A stretch of 34,855 nucleotides of DNA from Rubrobacteraceae bacterium (GTDB lineage: Bacteria; Actinomycetota; Rubrobacteria; Rubrobacterales; Rubrobacteraceae), in assembly GCA_035947015.1 (NCBI GenBank), contig DASZKL010000277.1:1-34855 (forward strand), read 5' to 3'. The notes under the pieces were generated by a model. That model saw nothing but the letters and a program-made list of their open reading frames with translations. It was not told where the DNA came from and made no database searches. The position numbers were made by a program, and so were the translations under genes. Positions 10,250 to 19,892 of this stretch are shown here, in pieces (the first letter of the stretch is position 1; the number at the start of each line of letters is the position of its first letter).

Positions 10250-11514
10250 GGTCGGTGACCGATCCCAACATCGGTAAGAAGGAGCTTAAGGGGGGCCTGA
10301 GGGTCTTATCCGAGCCTCTCGAAGAGGCTACGAGCGTCTCTTTGGGGGTCTGGATCCGGGCCGGCAGCCGCGACGAGGCAGACCAGGTTGCGGGCATCTC
10401 CCACCTGATGGAGCACATGCTCTTCAAGGGAACCCCCGAAATGGACGCTCTGGGCGTGGCGCAGGCTTTCGAGGCGATCGGTGCCCAGGAGAACGCTGCG
10501 ACCGGCGAAGAATACACAGTTCTCTACGCCCGATTCCTGCCCGAGCACCTGGGACGGGCCCTCGACATCATGAGCGATATGGTGCTTCGCCCAACCCTCG
10601 CCGACCTCGAGCGCGAGCGTGAGGTGATCGTCGAGGAGATAAGGATGTACGAGGATCGCCCCGACCAGATGGCCGACGAGTACCTCTCGTCCCTGATCTT
10701 CCACGGCGACTCCCTGGGACGCCCGATCATCGGCTCCGCCGAGACCGTTCGCGGAGTGGGCTACGAAACCCTGAGAACTTTTCACGAGAGCACCTATACA
10801 GCCCCGAACGTCTTCGTGGTAGCGGCTGGCAAGCTCGAGCGGGCGGAGCTCGAGCGGATGGTCGAGGAGAAGTTCTCGGATCTACCCCAGGGCGAACAGT
10901 TCGTTCGGGACGCAAGCCCAGAGCCCCCCGAAAGTCGCTTCTTCTACAAGCACAAGGAGACCGAGCAGTACCACGTCTCCCTTGGTTCCCTGGGCATCCC
11001 GGCCAAGAGCGAAGATCGCTACGCGATGGCGGCTCTGAACAACGTGCTCGGCGGCGGGATGAGCAGCCGGCTCTTCCAGGAGGTGCGGGAGAAACGCGGG
11101 CTCGCCTACGCGGTGTACTCCTACCACCAGGGCTACTCGGACGCCGGTGCGATCAAGACCTACGTCGGGTCCACAACCGGCAACGTCGAAGAGGCAGTGA
11201 AGGTTATCGCAGAGCAGCTGCATAAAGTTCAGGAGGAGAGGGTCAGCGAGGAGGAGTTGGACCGCACGAAGCAACAGCTCAAGAGCTCGACGCTTCTCGC
11301 CCTCGAGAGCACCGCGGCGCGGATGAACCGCATCGGAAGAAGCATCATAACGGGGACGGAGCTCCTGACCACAGAGGAGATCGCCGCCCGCATCGAGGCC
11401 GTCAGTACGGATGACATACAGCGCCTTGCCAGAGACCACCTGAACCTCGACCACATGTACCTCTCCGCCGTAGGTCCTAAGGAGGTCGACCTCGGAAGGC
11501 ACTTGAGTAGTTAG
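10246..11514 (+). CDS. M16-family (pitrilysin/insulinase-like) zinc peptidase
   Basis: HxxEH zinc motif in ..GISHLMEHMLFKGT.. TTG start overlaps the pnp stop (TTGA). pnp followed by an M16 peptidase is typical actinobacterial synteny. Confidence 0.88.
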
Positions 11515-11560
11515 GCTACAGGCTCCAGGCAATAAGGCTGATGTCTGAGGCCTGTAGCCT
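11513..11560 (+). repeat. 11-bp inverted repeat (long hairpin) between the peptidase gene and rnj
   Basis: AGGCTACAGGC (11513-11523) pairs perfectly with GCCTGTAGCCT (11550-11560), with a 26-nt loop. It starts at the peptidase stop codon and ends 6 nt before the AGGAGG of rnj. No T-tract follows. Confidence 0.5.
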
Positions 11561-11581
11561 CCACATAGGAGGTATTTCGAA

Positions 11582-13243
11582 CTGCTAGACGACAAGACCC
11601 TACAGGTTGTGATCCTGGGAGGGTTGGACGAGATCGGCAAGAACATGACCGCCGTGCGTCAGGACAGCGGCGTGATCCTGGTCGATGCCGGCCTGGCCTT
11701 CCCTGACGAAGAGATGCCTGGCATAGATCTAGTCCTGCCGGACTTTACCTACCTCAGGGAGCACCCGGACGAGATCCGGGGGATAGTCCTCACCCACGGG
11801 CACGAGGACCACGTCGGGGCCCTCCCTTACGTGCTCCGGGAGTTCGGCGTCCCGGTCTACGGGACAAGGCTCACGCTTGGGCTCGTGCGGAGCAAGCTTC
11901 AGGAGTTCGGCATAAAGAATGCCGACCTGCGCGAGGTCGATGCCGGACAGAGGATCGAGGTCGGCGGCTTCGGCGTGGAGTTCATAGAAGTCAACCACTC
12001 CATCCCCGGCGCGGTCGCCATCGCTATCCGCACCAAGGCCGGCCTAGTCGTATTCTCAGGGGATTACAAGATAGACTTGACGCCGATCGAGGGTAGCCCG
12101 ATGGACCTGGGGCGCCTCGCAGCCCTTGGCGACGAGGGCGTGCTCGCGTACTTCGGAGACTCTACCAACAGCGAACGACCAGGTTACGTACCCTCCGAAC
12201 GCCTGGTTGGGGAGACCTTGAACGAGATCTTCGAGCGGACGGAGGGCAGGATCATCGTCGCCTCCTTCGCCTCGCACATACACCGTATCACCCAGGTGGT
12301 CGAGGCGGCGAAGAACCACAACCGGTTAGTTGGCCTGACGGGGCGCTCCATGATCCGCAACGTCCACATCGCCCGCGATCTGGGATACCTGGATCTGCCC
12401 GATACGATGCTCGTGGACCAGCGGGACATCAACCAGATCCCCGACGGCGATATCGCCGTCCTTACCACCGGTGCCCAGGGCGAACCTTTGGCGGCCCTCT
12501 CGCGCATCGCGAGCGGCACCCACCGCACTATCGAGGTCGGCCCTGGGGACGTGGTGATCATCGCGGCGCACCCTATCCCCGGTAACGAGCGGGGGGTCTC
12601 GCGCACAATCAATAACCTCATGAAGCGTGGCGCCGAGGTCTTCTATAGCCCTCTGCTGCCAGTTCATGTCTCAGGGCACGCCGCCCAGGAGGAGCAGAAG
12701 CTCGTACTCTCCCTCCTAAAGCCCCGATACCTTGTGCCCGTCCACGGCGAGTTTCGTCACCTCAAACACCACGCAGAGACGGCGATGAGGCTCGGGATCC
12801 CAGAGGAGAACATCCTTCTGCTCGAGAACGGTGGAAGGGTCGAGTTCAGTAACGGAGAGGGTCGCCGCCTGGATAACGTGCCTGCAGGCATGTTCCTCGT
12901 GGATGGGGGCGGCGTGGCAGATACCTCAGAGGCGATCATGCGCGAGCGGCAACAACTATCGGAGGAGGGCATGTTCATCGTCGTCGCCCGCCTGAACGCC
13001 CAGTCCGGCGAACTCCTGGGGCCGCCTGACGTGATCTCACGCGGCTTCGTGAGCTCGCAGGGCGCGAACGGCCTCGTCGAAGAGTCCATAGATGTCGTCC
13101 GCCGTACCCTCGAACGAACCGCCAGCCGACACGTCACGGACTGGGGCGAGCTGAAGAACGCCATCCGGAGGGATCTCTCCACCTTCCTCTCCCAGCGAAC
13201 CCGCAAGCGTCCCATCATCTTGCCGCTAATAGTAGAGGTCTAA
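11582..13243 (+). CDS. rnj: Ribonuclease J
   Basis: ..LGGLDEIGKNM.., metallo-beta-lactamase motif HGHEDHVGALPY, beta-CASP region. The ORF-track start GTG 11609 has no Shine-Dalgarno. CTG 11582 sits 9 nt after a perfect AGGAGG (11567-11572), and the frame opens only at 11558. The start is therefore either 11582 or 11609. Confidence 0.92.
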   Translation: MLDDKTLQVVILGGLDEIGKNMTAVRQDSGVILVDAGLAFPDEEMPGIDLVLPDFTYLREHPDEIRGIVLTHGHEDHVGALPYVLREFGVPVYGTRLTLGLVRSKLQEFGIKNADLREVDAGQRIEVGGFGVEFIEVNHSIPGAVAIAIRTKAGLVVFSGDYKIDLTPIEGSPMDLGRLAALGDEGVLAYFGDSTNSERPGYVPSERLVGETLNEIFERTEGRIIVASFASHIHRITQVVEAAKNHNRLVGLTGRSMIRNVHIARDLGYLDLPDTMLVDQRDINQIPDGDIAVLTTGAQGEPLAALSRIASGTHRTIEVGPGDVVIIAAHPIPGNERGVSRTINNLMKRGAEVFYSPLLPVHVSGHAAQEEQKLVLSLLKPRYLVPVHGEFRHLKHHAETAMRLGIPEENILLLENGGRVEFSNGEGRRLDNVPAGMFLVDGGGVADTSEAIMRERQQLSEEGMFIVVARLNAQSGELLGPPDVISRGFVSSQGANGLVEESIDVVRRTLERTASRHVTDWGELKNAIRRDLSTFLSQRTRKRPIILPLIVEV

Positions 13244-13260
13244 ACATAGACCTCTACTAT
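13229..13260 (+). terminator. Stem-loop at the rnj stop codon (possible terminator or stabiliser)
   Basis: AATAGTAGAGGTC-taaacata-GACCTCTACTAT forms a 12-bp perfect stem with the TAA stop in the loop. The downstream sequence is only moderately T-rich (atgttgtagttg). Confidence 0.4.
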
Positions 13261-13305
13261 ATGTTGTAGTTGACGTTGAATTGCAGGCTTATGCTTTAGA
13301 CTTAG

Positions 13306-15576
13306 GTGGTGGCTAACCGCAAGCGCGCGCCTAGTAGAAAGCCGCGGAAGAAGGGCTATAGCAGCAGGGGGCCCCGCAGATGGGGCGGGCTTCTATTGCG
13401 GGCACGGGACCGCGCCGGGGAGATAGTGACCCGGGAAGTGGTAGGGGTCGTGCTGCTCGTCGCTGGTGTGTTCTTCAGCGCCGCGTTTCTGAGCGGAAGT
13501 GGGGCGTTTCTGGGAGAGGCGGGCCTCGTTGCGGTGACGCATCTGCTGGGCATAGCCGGTCTCTCTCTAGCTCCGCTCGCCGCGGTCGCTGGCCTACTGC
13601 TCCTTCTGGGGCGCCTGCCTGGCCGCCGAGCACTAGGGGCCGGGCTACTGCTGGTGGCGGGCGCGACGACGCTCACGTCTGCGCTGCCGCGGGAGTTGCG
13701 CTTCTCCAGCGAGTACTACGCAGAGGCCGGGGGCCTTCTCGGGAGCGGTGTCTACGGCGCGGTCCACTGGGCAGGGGGCGCGATCGGGGCGGCGCTTGTA
13801 CTCAGCCTGCTCTACGTTGTAGGTCTCTCTTTGCTCACCGGCGTCAGCCCCGTGTCCGCCTTCGTCGCGGTTAAAGGTTGGGGTGAGGCGCTTCTGGCAT
13901 GGTTGCGTGAGAGACGCAGTTCGGGGAAGAGGCCCGCCGGTGGCGGGGGAGATCGGGGCGAGAAGCGCCGGAGCGAGAAGCGTGGTAGCGAGAAGGCTGG
14001 GGTGCGCGACCTGCACGCGGAGATCGCGGAGCCCCGCGGCGGGGACGGGTTCGCGACTGAGGAGCTCGAGGTGGTGCTGCCGGTGCGCCGGGATGCGGTC
14101 CCGTTCGCCGGGGGGAATGAAGAGATACCTGGGGAGTATGTCCCGCCTTCTCCCTCCGTTTTGAGCTTGGGTCGTGGGGACCCTGAGCACGACGCCGAGG
14201 AGACCAGCCGCAGGCTCACGAAGGCGCTATCGGACCTCGGGGTCGAGGCGCAGGTGGTCAGGGCGGTCGTCGGGCCGCGGGTGACCCGCTACGAGCTTCG
14301 CCTAGGGAGCGGGGTCAAGGTGGGCAAGGTGCGTAACCTCCAGCAGGACATAGCCTACGCTCTGGCTGCGACCGAGGTGCGGATTCTCGCTCCCATCCCG
14401 GGCAAGAGCGCCGTCGGCGTGGAGGTGCCCAACACTAGACCGGCGAAGGTCACCCTTGGCGACGTCTTCCAGGAATATCCTGAGGGCAACGACTGGACGC
14501 TGCCTGTGGGTCTGGGGAAGGACATATCCGGCCGGGCGGTCTTCTTCGACCTCGCCGATATGCCACACCTGCTCGTCGCAGGGACCACAGGCAGCGGCAA
14601 GAGCGTCTTGCTCAACTCACTTCTCACCTCGTTGCTTCTGACTACCGACCCCCGCCAGGTCAAGATGGTGCTCGTAGACCCCAAGAGGGTCGAGCTCACC
14701 CACTTCGCGCGCATCCCGCACCTCATCACCCCGGTGGTCACCGACGTCAAGAAGGCGGCGAACGCGCTCACGTGGGCTGTCTCCGAGATGGAGCGGCGCT
14801 ACGAGGTGCTTGAGAGGACGGGGGCCCGGTCGCTAGAAGGCTACAATGCCAGGAGCGAGACTAACATGCCCTACGTCGTCATCGTCATAGACGAGCTCGC
14901 AGATTTGATGATGGCTGCGGCTGCCAAAGTCGAGGATTCCGTTATCAGGATCGCCCAGAAGGCCAGGGCGGTTGGCCTCCACCTCGTCGTCGCGACCCAG
15001 CGACCCAGCGTGGACGTCATAACCGGCATGATCAAGGCCAACGTCCCTAGCCGCATAGCGTTCGCGGTCTCGAGCCAGGTGGACTCGCGTGTGATCCTGG
15101 ACTCCCCGGGCGCCGAGTCCCTGCTCGGGATGGGCGATATGCTCTTCAAGCCGGTCTCTGCCGCGCGGGCCTCGCGCGTGCAGGGCGCCTTTATCTCCGA
15201 GGAGGAGGTGGAGCGGGTGGTCTCGGCGACGGTCGAGGCGGGCAAGGGGCGTGTAGAGGCTAGCTACGTCGAGGAGGTGACGGAGCCGAAGAACCACCCC
15301 AAAGAGACCGAGGAGCCCGATGATGAACTCCTTCCTGAGGCGGCGAGCTTCGTCGTCGCCACCCAGCAGGCTTCGGTGAGCGCCGTACAGCGGCGTTTCC
15401 GGGTCGGATACTCCAGGGCGGGTAGGATCATCGACGCCCTAGAGCGCAAGGGCGTTGTCGGCCCGTATGAGGGGTCCAAGAGCCGGGCGGTGGTGGCGAC
15501 GGAGATGGAGGTAGAGGCTATCTTCGGCGCGAGCGGCGATGGCTCCGCGACGGAGGATACAGGGCAAGACTGGTAG
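13306..15576 (+). CDS. ftsK: DNA translocase FtsK/SpoIIIE
   Basis: N-terminal transmembrane segments, Arg/Glu-rich linker, motor domain with Walker A GTTGSGKS and Walker B VVIVIDELADL, and gamma winged-helix (..ASVSAVQRRFRVGYSRAGRIIDALERKGVVGP..). Confidence 0.95.
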   Translation: MVANRKRAPSRKPRKKGYSSRGPRRWGGLLLRARDRAGEIVTREVVGVVLLVAGVFFSAAFLSGSGAFLGEAGLVAVTHLLGIAGLSLAPLAAVAGLLLLLGRLPGRRALGAGLLLVAGATTLTSALPRELRFSSEYYAEAGGLLGSGVYGAVHWAGGAIGAALVLSLLYVVGLSLLTGVSPVSAFVAVKGWGEALLAWLRERRSSGKRPAGGGGDRGEKRRSEKRGSEKAGVRDLHAEIAEPRGGDGFATEELEVVLPVRRDAVPFAGGNEEIPGEYVPPSPSVLSLGRGDPEHDAEETSRRLTKALSDLGVEAQVVRAVVGPRVTRYELRLGSGVKVGKVRNLQQDIAYALAATEVRILAPIPGKSAVGVEVPNTRPAKVTLGDVFQEYPEGNDWTLPVGLGKDISGRAVFFDLADMPHLLVAGTTGSGKSVLLNSLLTSLLLTTDPRQVKMVLVDPKRVELTHFARIPHLITPVVTDVKKAANALTWAVSEMERRYEVLERTGARSLEGYNARSETNMPYVVIVIDELADLMMAAAAKVEDSVIRIAQKARAVGLHLVVATQRPSVDVITGMIKANVPSRIAFAVSSQVDSRVILDSPGAESLLGMGDMLFKPVSAARASRVQGAFISEEEVERVVSATVEAGKGRVEASYVEEVTEPKNHPKETEEPDDELLPEAASFVVATQQASVSAVQRRFRVGYSRAGRIIDALERKGVVGPYEGSKSRAVVATEMEVEAIFGASGDGSATEDTGQDW

Positions 15577-15601
15577 CTTTTGTGATACGCTTTTAGGCGT
15601 C

Positions 15602-16477
15602 ATGGACTACGAGCAAGGTACCTTCCAGTCCCTTAACGGCGACGCCAAGATCGGTCAGATCTTGGAGGCGACTCGTAAAGAGAGAGGCCTCACCCTCGAG
15701 GAGGCCGAACACGCCACCAAGATCCGCAAGCGCTACCTCGTCGGCCTCGAGCGCGAGGACTACGGTGCGCTCCCCGACGCCGTCTACGCTCAGGGTTTCC
15801 TAAAGACCTACGCGAATTATCTAGGCCTCGACGGAGATGAGCTCTCGCGCGAGTTCAAAGACCGCAGGAAGCCGAGACGGGAGCGCGGGATCTCCTACGG
15901 CGCGCCTAAGAAGAGCGAGTTCGACCAGCCCCTGATCAACCCCGGCGAGCTGGGTTCGGCTCGGAGGCGCAAGACCGTCTTGGGGACCACGATCCTTACC
16001 TTGCTAGTGGCTCTCCTCGTGCTCGGTGCCGTTGTGGGCGCGTTGTACTACGTGGGACGGGGGGTTCAGATCTCAGGCGAGAATCCCGCTCCTTCCAAGT
16101 CCTCCGAGGGGCGGGCCGCCGATGGCTCGAAGCCCGAGGCCGGAGGAGCGCCCGAGAAGGGCGCACAAGAGGACGCGCCCGGTGAGGGATCCGGTGGCTC
16201 GAACGCGGCCGGGACGGGTGAAGCCGACTCTTTGACCGTCGTGGTGAGCGTCGAAGGGTCAGCCTCGTGGTTGAGTGTCCTCGCCGACGGGACCCTGGCG
16301 TACGAGCAGATCGCGCAGCCAGGCTTCTCGCAGACCTTCGAAGCGCAGCGCGAGATCAGCATAAGGACGGGTAACGCGGGCGCGGTCGGGGTCGAGGTGA
16401 ACGGTCAGGAACTTGGCAAGCTCGGCGAGAGCGGCGAGGTTCTTACCCGGGATTTCACCTTGAAGAGCGCATCCTGA
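15602..16477 (+). CDS. RodZ-like protein (XRE-type HTH, one TM helix, DUF4115-like C-terminal domain)
   Basis: ..IGQILEATRKERGLTLEEAEHATKIRKRYLVGLEREDY.., TM ..TILTLLVALLVLGAVVGALYYV.., C-terminal ..WLSVLADGTLAYEQIAQPGFSQTFEAQREISIRTGNAGAVGVEVNGQ.. ATG 15602 is preferred over ORF-track 15539, which overlaps ftsK. Confidence 0.75.
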   Translation: MDYEQGTFQSLNGDAKIGQILEATRKERGLTLEEAEHATKIRKRYLVGLEREDYGALPDAVYAQGFLKTYANYLGLDGDELSREFKDRRKPRRERGISYGAPKKSEFDQPLINPGELGSARRRKTVLGTTILTLLVALLVLGAVVGALYYVGRGVQISGENPAPSKSSEGRAADGSKPEAGGAPEKGAQEDAPGEGSGGSNAAGTGEADSLTVVVSVEGSASWLSVLADGTLAYEQIAQPGFSQTFEAQREISIRTGNAGAVGVEVNGQELGKLGESGEVLTRDFTLKSAS

Positions 16478-16508
16478 GAACCCGCCCGAAAAGCGCATGA
16501 TATGCTCC

Positions 16509-16537
16509 TTGGGAGCCCGCCCCCCCTACAGTATAAT
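16509..16537 (+). promoter_or_regulatory. Sigma-70-type promoter upstream of recA
   Basis: TTGGGA (16509-16514), 17-nt spacer, TATAAT (16532-16537). About 50 nt upstream of the recA start. Confidence 0.45.
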
Positions 16538-16587
16538 CGTTTGCGGTAGATGCCGATTATTGGCAAGGTCTCTTTTTGGAGGATGCA

Positions 16588-17655
16588 TTGGATAAGAGCA
16601 AGGCCATAGACGCCGCCGTTACGCAGATAGAGCGGCAGTTTGGGAAGGGCTCCATCATGCGCATGGGCGACGAGGGGCCGCGGAAGGTAGCCTCGATCTC
16701 CACGGGCGCCCTGGCCCTCGACCTGGCCCTTGGCGTCGGCGGCGTCCCAAGGGGCCGCATCATCGAGATCTTCGGCCCCGAATCGAGCGGCAAGACCACC
16801 CTCGCATTGCACATCATCGCCGAAGCCCAGAGAGCCGGCGGCCTCGCCGCTTTTGTGGACGCCGAGCACGCCATCGACCCCACCTACGCTAGGGCCATCG
16901 GCGTGGACCTCGAGAACCTCTACTTCTCCCAGCCGGATAACGGCGAACAGGCCCTAGAGATAGCCGATACCCTGGTGCGCTCGGGCGCCCTCGATGTCGT
17001 TGTGATCGACAGTGTAGCCGCGCTCGTACCTCGAGCTGAGATAGAGGGTGAGATGGGAGATTCTCACGTCGGGCTTCAGGCCAGGCTCATGAGCCAGGCT
17101 TTACGCAAGCTCTCGGGCTCTCTCTCGCGCTCAGGCACGACCGCCATCTTCGTCAACCAGCTAAGGGAGAAGATCGGGGTCATGTTCGGTTCGCCGGAGA
17201 CGACACCCGGCGGGCGGGCGCTCAAGTTCTACTCCAGCGTGCGTCTGGACATTCGGCGCATCGGGGCCCTGAAGATCGGCAACGACACGGTCGGCAACCA
17301 GACGCGGGTCAAGATCGTCAAGAACAAGGTAGCGCCACCGTTCAAGACTGTGGAGTTCGACATAATGTACGGCGAGGGCATCTCCAAGGAGGGGAGCCTG
17401 CTCGACATCGGCATCGAACACGACGTGATCCAGAAGTCGGGCGCCTGGTTTGCCTATGGCGACGAGCGCATCGGCCAGGGTCGCGAGAACGCGAAGCAGT
17501 TCTTGAAGGAGAACGACGAGGTGCGCGAGCAGATCCTCAGCGACCTCTACGGGAAGCTCGGCCTAGGGAACAAGCCTTCGCCTGACACTCAGGAGGAGGA
17601 AGAGGAGGAGTCTCCAGAGCAGCGCCCCGTGGAGCCGGCCGAGCAGATCCTCTAG
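16588..17655 (+). CDS. recA: Recombinase RecA
   Basis: ..[16 protein letters not shown].., Walker [10 protein letters not shown], ..FVDAEHA.., acidic C-terminal tail. TTG 16588 lies 5 nt after GGAGG (16578-16582). In-frame TTG 16576 (ORF track) overlaps that Shine-Dalgarno. No intein. Confidence 0.97.
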   Translation: MDKSKAIDAAVTQIERQFGKGSIMRMGDEGPRKVASISTGALALDLALGVGGVPRGRIIEIFGPESSGKTTLALHIIAEAQRAGGLAAFVDAEHAIDPTYARAIGVDLENLYFSQPDNGEQALEIADTLVRSGALDVVVIDSVAALVPRAEIEGEMGDSHVGLQARLMSQALRKLSGSLSRSGTTAIFVNQLREKIGVMFGSPETTPGGRALKFYSSVRLDIRRIGALKIGNDTVGNQTRVKIVKNKVAPPFKTVEFDIMYGEGISKEGSLLDIGIEHDVIQKSGAWFAYGDERIGQGRENAKQFLKENDEVREQILSDLYGKLGLGNKPSPDTQEEEEEESPEQRPVEPAEQIL

Positions 17656-17661
17656 TACCCA

Positions 17662-18282
17662 ATGCCCGAGATAACGGGCGTGCGGGAGCGCCGGGGCAAG
17701 GCGCGTATATTCGTCGACGGCGAGTACTGGGCTGAGATAGACGCAGGGGTAGCGGTGGAGCGCGGCCTTCGCGAGGGGGCTGCGCTCAGTCGCGAGGAAC
17801 TCGACGAGGCACGGATAGCGGGTGAGAGGGCGCTCGCCATGAGCCGCGCGCTCGACTTCTTGGGGTACCGTGCCAGGTCCGAGAAGGAGGTCCGCGACAG
17901 GCTTCGGCGCTACCGCTACGGCGAGGAGACTGCCGAAGGCGTGATCGGTCGCCTCAAGGAGCTTGGTTACCTCGACGATGAGGACTTCGCCCGTCTTGTT
18001 GTGCGCGAGAAGGCGCGCAGGTATGGCCCGAGGCGGGTCTCGGCCGAGCTGCGCAGGAGCGGTGTGGACGCCGAGATCGTGCGCGAGGTGGTAGATGAGG
18101 AGTTCGCCGACCGCTCCGAGCTAGAGGAGGCTCGATCTGTCGCCGCACAGCGGTATAATAGGGGAGGATCCTACGCCGAAGCGCGCAGGGTCTACGGATT
18201 CCTGGTGCGCCGGGGGTACTCGGTTGAGGTGTGCGCCGAGATAGCACGCGAGTACCGAGAGGCTTCAGGGGCCGAAGAATAG
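17662..18282 (+). CDS. recX: Recombination regulator RecX
   Basis: Immediately downstream of recA. Helical-repeat sequence typical of RecX (..ALDFLGYRARSEKEVRDRLRR.., ..VIGRLKELGYLDDEDFAR..). Confidence 0.88.
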   Translation: MPEITGVRERRGKARIFVDGEYWAEIDAGVAVERGLREGAALSREELDEARIAGERALAMSRALDFLGYRARSEKEVRDRLRRYRYGEETAEGVIGRLKELGYLDDEDFARLVVREKARRYGPRRVSAELRRSGVDAEIVREVVDEEFADRSELEEARSVAAQRYNRGGSYAEARRVYGFLVRRGYSVEVCAEIAREYREASGAEE

Positions 18283-18335
18283 ACAAGAGAGCTTGATACC
18301 GGCCCGCTGCGTTTGGGCCCGTTGGAGGAAAACTC

Positions 18336-19880
18336 GTGAATGTTCTGTTGCTGGTCCTGGACCTGGCCGTAGGGCTCGCCGTCGGCACGGTCTTGGGCTT
18401 TCTGCTTTGTAGGTCGCGACTGGGGACCCGTCAAGCCCAGGCGCGCGCGGACGCGCGCACTATCATCGAGGATGCCAACCGCGCCGCAGAGACGACGCGC
18501 CGCGAGGCTGAGCTTGAGGCTAAGGAGGCAGCGTTACGCATTAAGGATGAGGCCGAGGCCGAGGCGCGAGCCCGTCGCGCGGAGATCACCCGCATCGAGG
18601 AACGCCTCGACAACCGCGACACCGCCCTCGACAGTCGCGAGGAAGAACTCGATGAACGCCGCCGGCGGCTCTCGGAAACCGAGGAGACGCTGCGGCGCAA
18701 AGAAGATGAGCTGAAGTCCATTGAGGCGGAGCACCTGAGGGCCTTGGAGGAGGTCTCGGGCCTCACCAGGGACGAGGCAGAGTCGAGGCTCTTCGCGGGG
18801 CTCGAGGTGGAGTTAGAGGACCAGCTCGGACGCCTCGTGCGCGACCGCACGATGGAGGCCGAGGAGAGGGCGGACTCGGAGGCGCGCCGCATCGTCTCCA
18901 CCACGATGGAGCGGATCGCCTCGGACCTCACCTCCGAATCGACGGTGAAGGCGATCGCGCTCCCCTCCGACGACATGAAGGGCCGCATAATAGGGCGGGA
19001 GGGGAGAAACATCCGCGCGTTCGAGGCCGCAACCGGCGTCGACGTGATCATAGACGACACCCCAGAGACTGTTGTCATCTCATGCTTCGACCCCGTAAGG
19101 CGCGAAGTGGCGCGCGTGGCGATGGAGCAGCTCGTGCAGGACGGCAGGATCCACCCCGGCCGCATAGAGCAGATCGTCTCAAAGGCGAAGAAGGACGTCG
19201 AGAAGGAGATGAAAGCGGCGGGACGCCAGGCACTCTACGACGCCAAGATCTCCGGCGGCATGCACGGGGACCTCCTGCGGCTCCTCGGGGCGCTGAAGTA
19301 CCGCACCTCCTACGGCCAGAACGTGCTCTCCCACTCGGTCGAGGTCGCCAACCTCTGCGGCATGATGGCCCAGGAGCTCGGAGCCAACGTCAAGGTCGCC
19401 CGCCGCGCGGCGTTGCTTCACGACGTTGGCAAGGCCATAGACCACGAGGTCGAGGGAACGCACGCCTTGATCGGCGGCCGCTTCGCCAAGAAGAGCGGGG
19501 AATCCGACGACGTGGTCCGTGCCATAAGCGCCCACCACCACGAGATCGAGATGGAGACCGTCGAGGACGTGCTCGTCGCCACCGCCGACGCCGTCTCGGC
19601 ATCCCGACCCGGCGCCAGGCGCGAGACTACCGAGATCTACCTCGAAAGGTTGCGCTCTCTCGAGGATATCGCCCTCGGCCACCGCGGCGTAGACAAGGCA
19701 TACGCCATCCAGGCCGGTCGGGAGATTCGGGTCATGGTCCAGCCCTCCGAGGTCGACGACCGCATCGCGGCCAAGCTCGCCTACGACATCTCCAAGCAGA
19801 TAGAGAGCGACCTCGAGTACCCCGGCCAGATCAAGGTAACCGTCATCCGTGAGAGCCGCGTGAGCGAGGTTGCCAGGTAA
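18336..19880 (+). CDS. rny: Ribonuclease Y
   Basis: N-terminal TM helix, Glu/Arg-rich coiled coil, KH domain (..GRIIGREGRNIRAFEAATGVDVIIDD..), HD domain (..AALLHDVGKA..). GGAGGA lies 6 nt before the GTG. Confidence 0.95.
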   Translation: MNVLLLVLDLAVGLAVGTVLGFLLCRSRLGTRQAQARADARTIIEDANRAAETTRREAELEAKEAALRIKDEAEAEARARRAEITRIEERLDNRDTALDSREEELDERRRRLSETEETLRRKEDELKSIEAEHLRALEEVSGLTRDEAESRLFAGLEVELEDQLGRLVRDRTMEAEERADSEARRIVSTTMERIASDLTSESTVKAIALPSDDMKGRIIGREGRNIRAFEAATGVDVIIDDTPETVVISCFDPVRREVARVAMEQLVQDGRIHPGRIEQIVSKAKKDVEKEMKAAGRQALYDAKISGGMHGDLLRLLGALKYRTSYGQNVLSHSVEVANLCGMMAQELGANVKVARRAALLHDVGKAIDHEVEGTHALIGGRFAKKSGESDDVVRAISAHHHEIEMETVEDVLVATADAVSASRPGARRETTEIYLERLRSLEDIALGHRGVDKAYAIQAGREIRVMVQPSEVDDRIAAKLAYDISKQIESDLEYPGQIKVTVIRESRVSEVAR

Positions 19881-19892
19881 GGGGAACCTCAG

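Noticed and set aside
13262-13305. A promoter for ftsK: TTGACG at 13270-13275, with TATGCT, TTTAGA or TAGACT as candidate -10 hexamers.
   Set aside because: The spacings are 14, 19 and 21 nt, none near the 16-18 nt optimum. It cannot be supported from sequence alone.
16498-16507. The 10-mer TGATATGCTC occurs both upstream of recA (16498-16507) and in the palindrome at the recombinase 3' end (25766-25775).
   Set aside because: Hundreds of 10-mer coincidences are expected within a 35-kb window. The flanking bases do not match.
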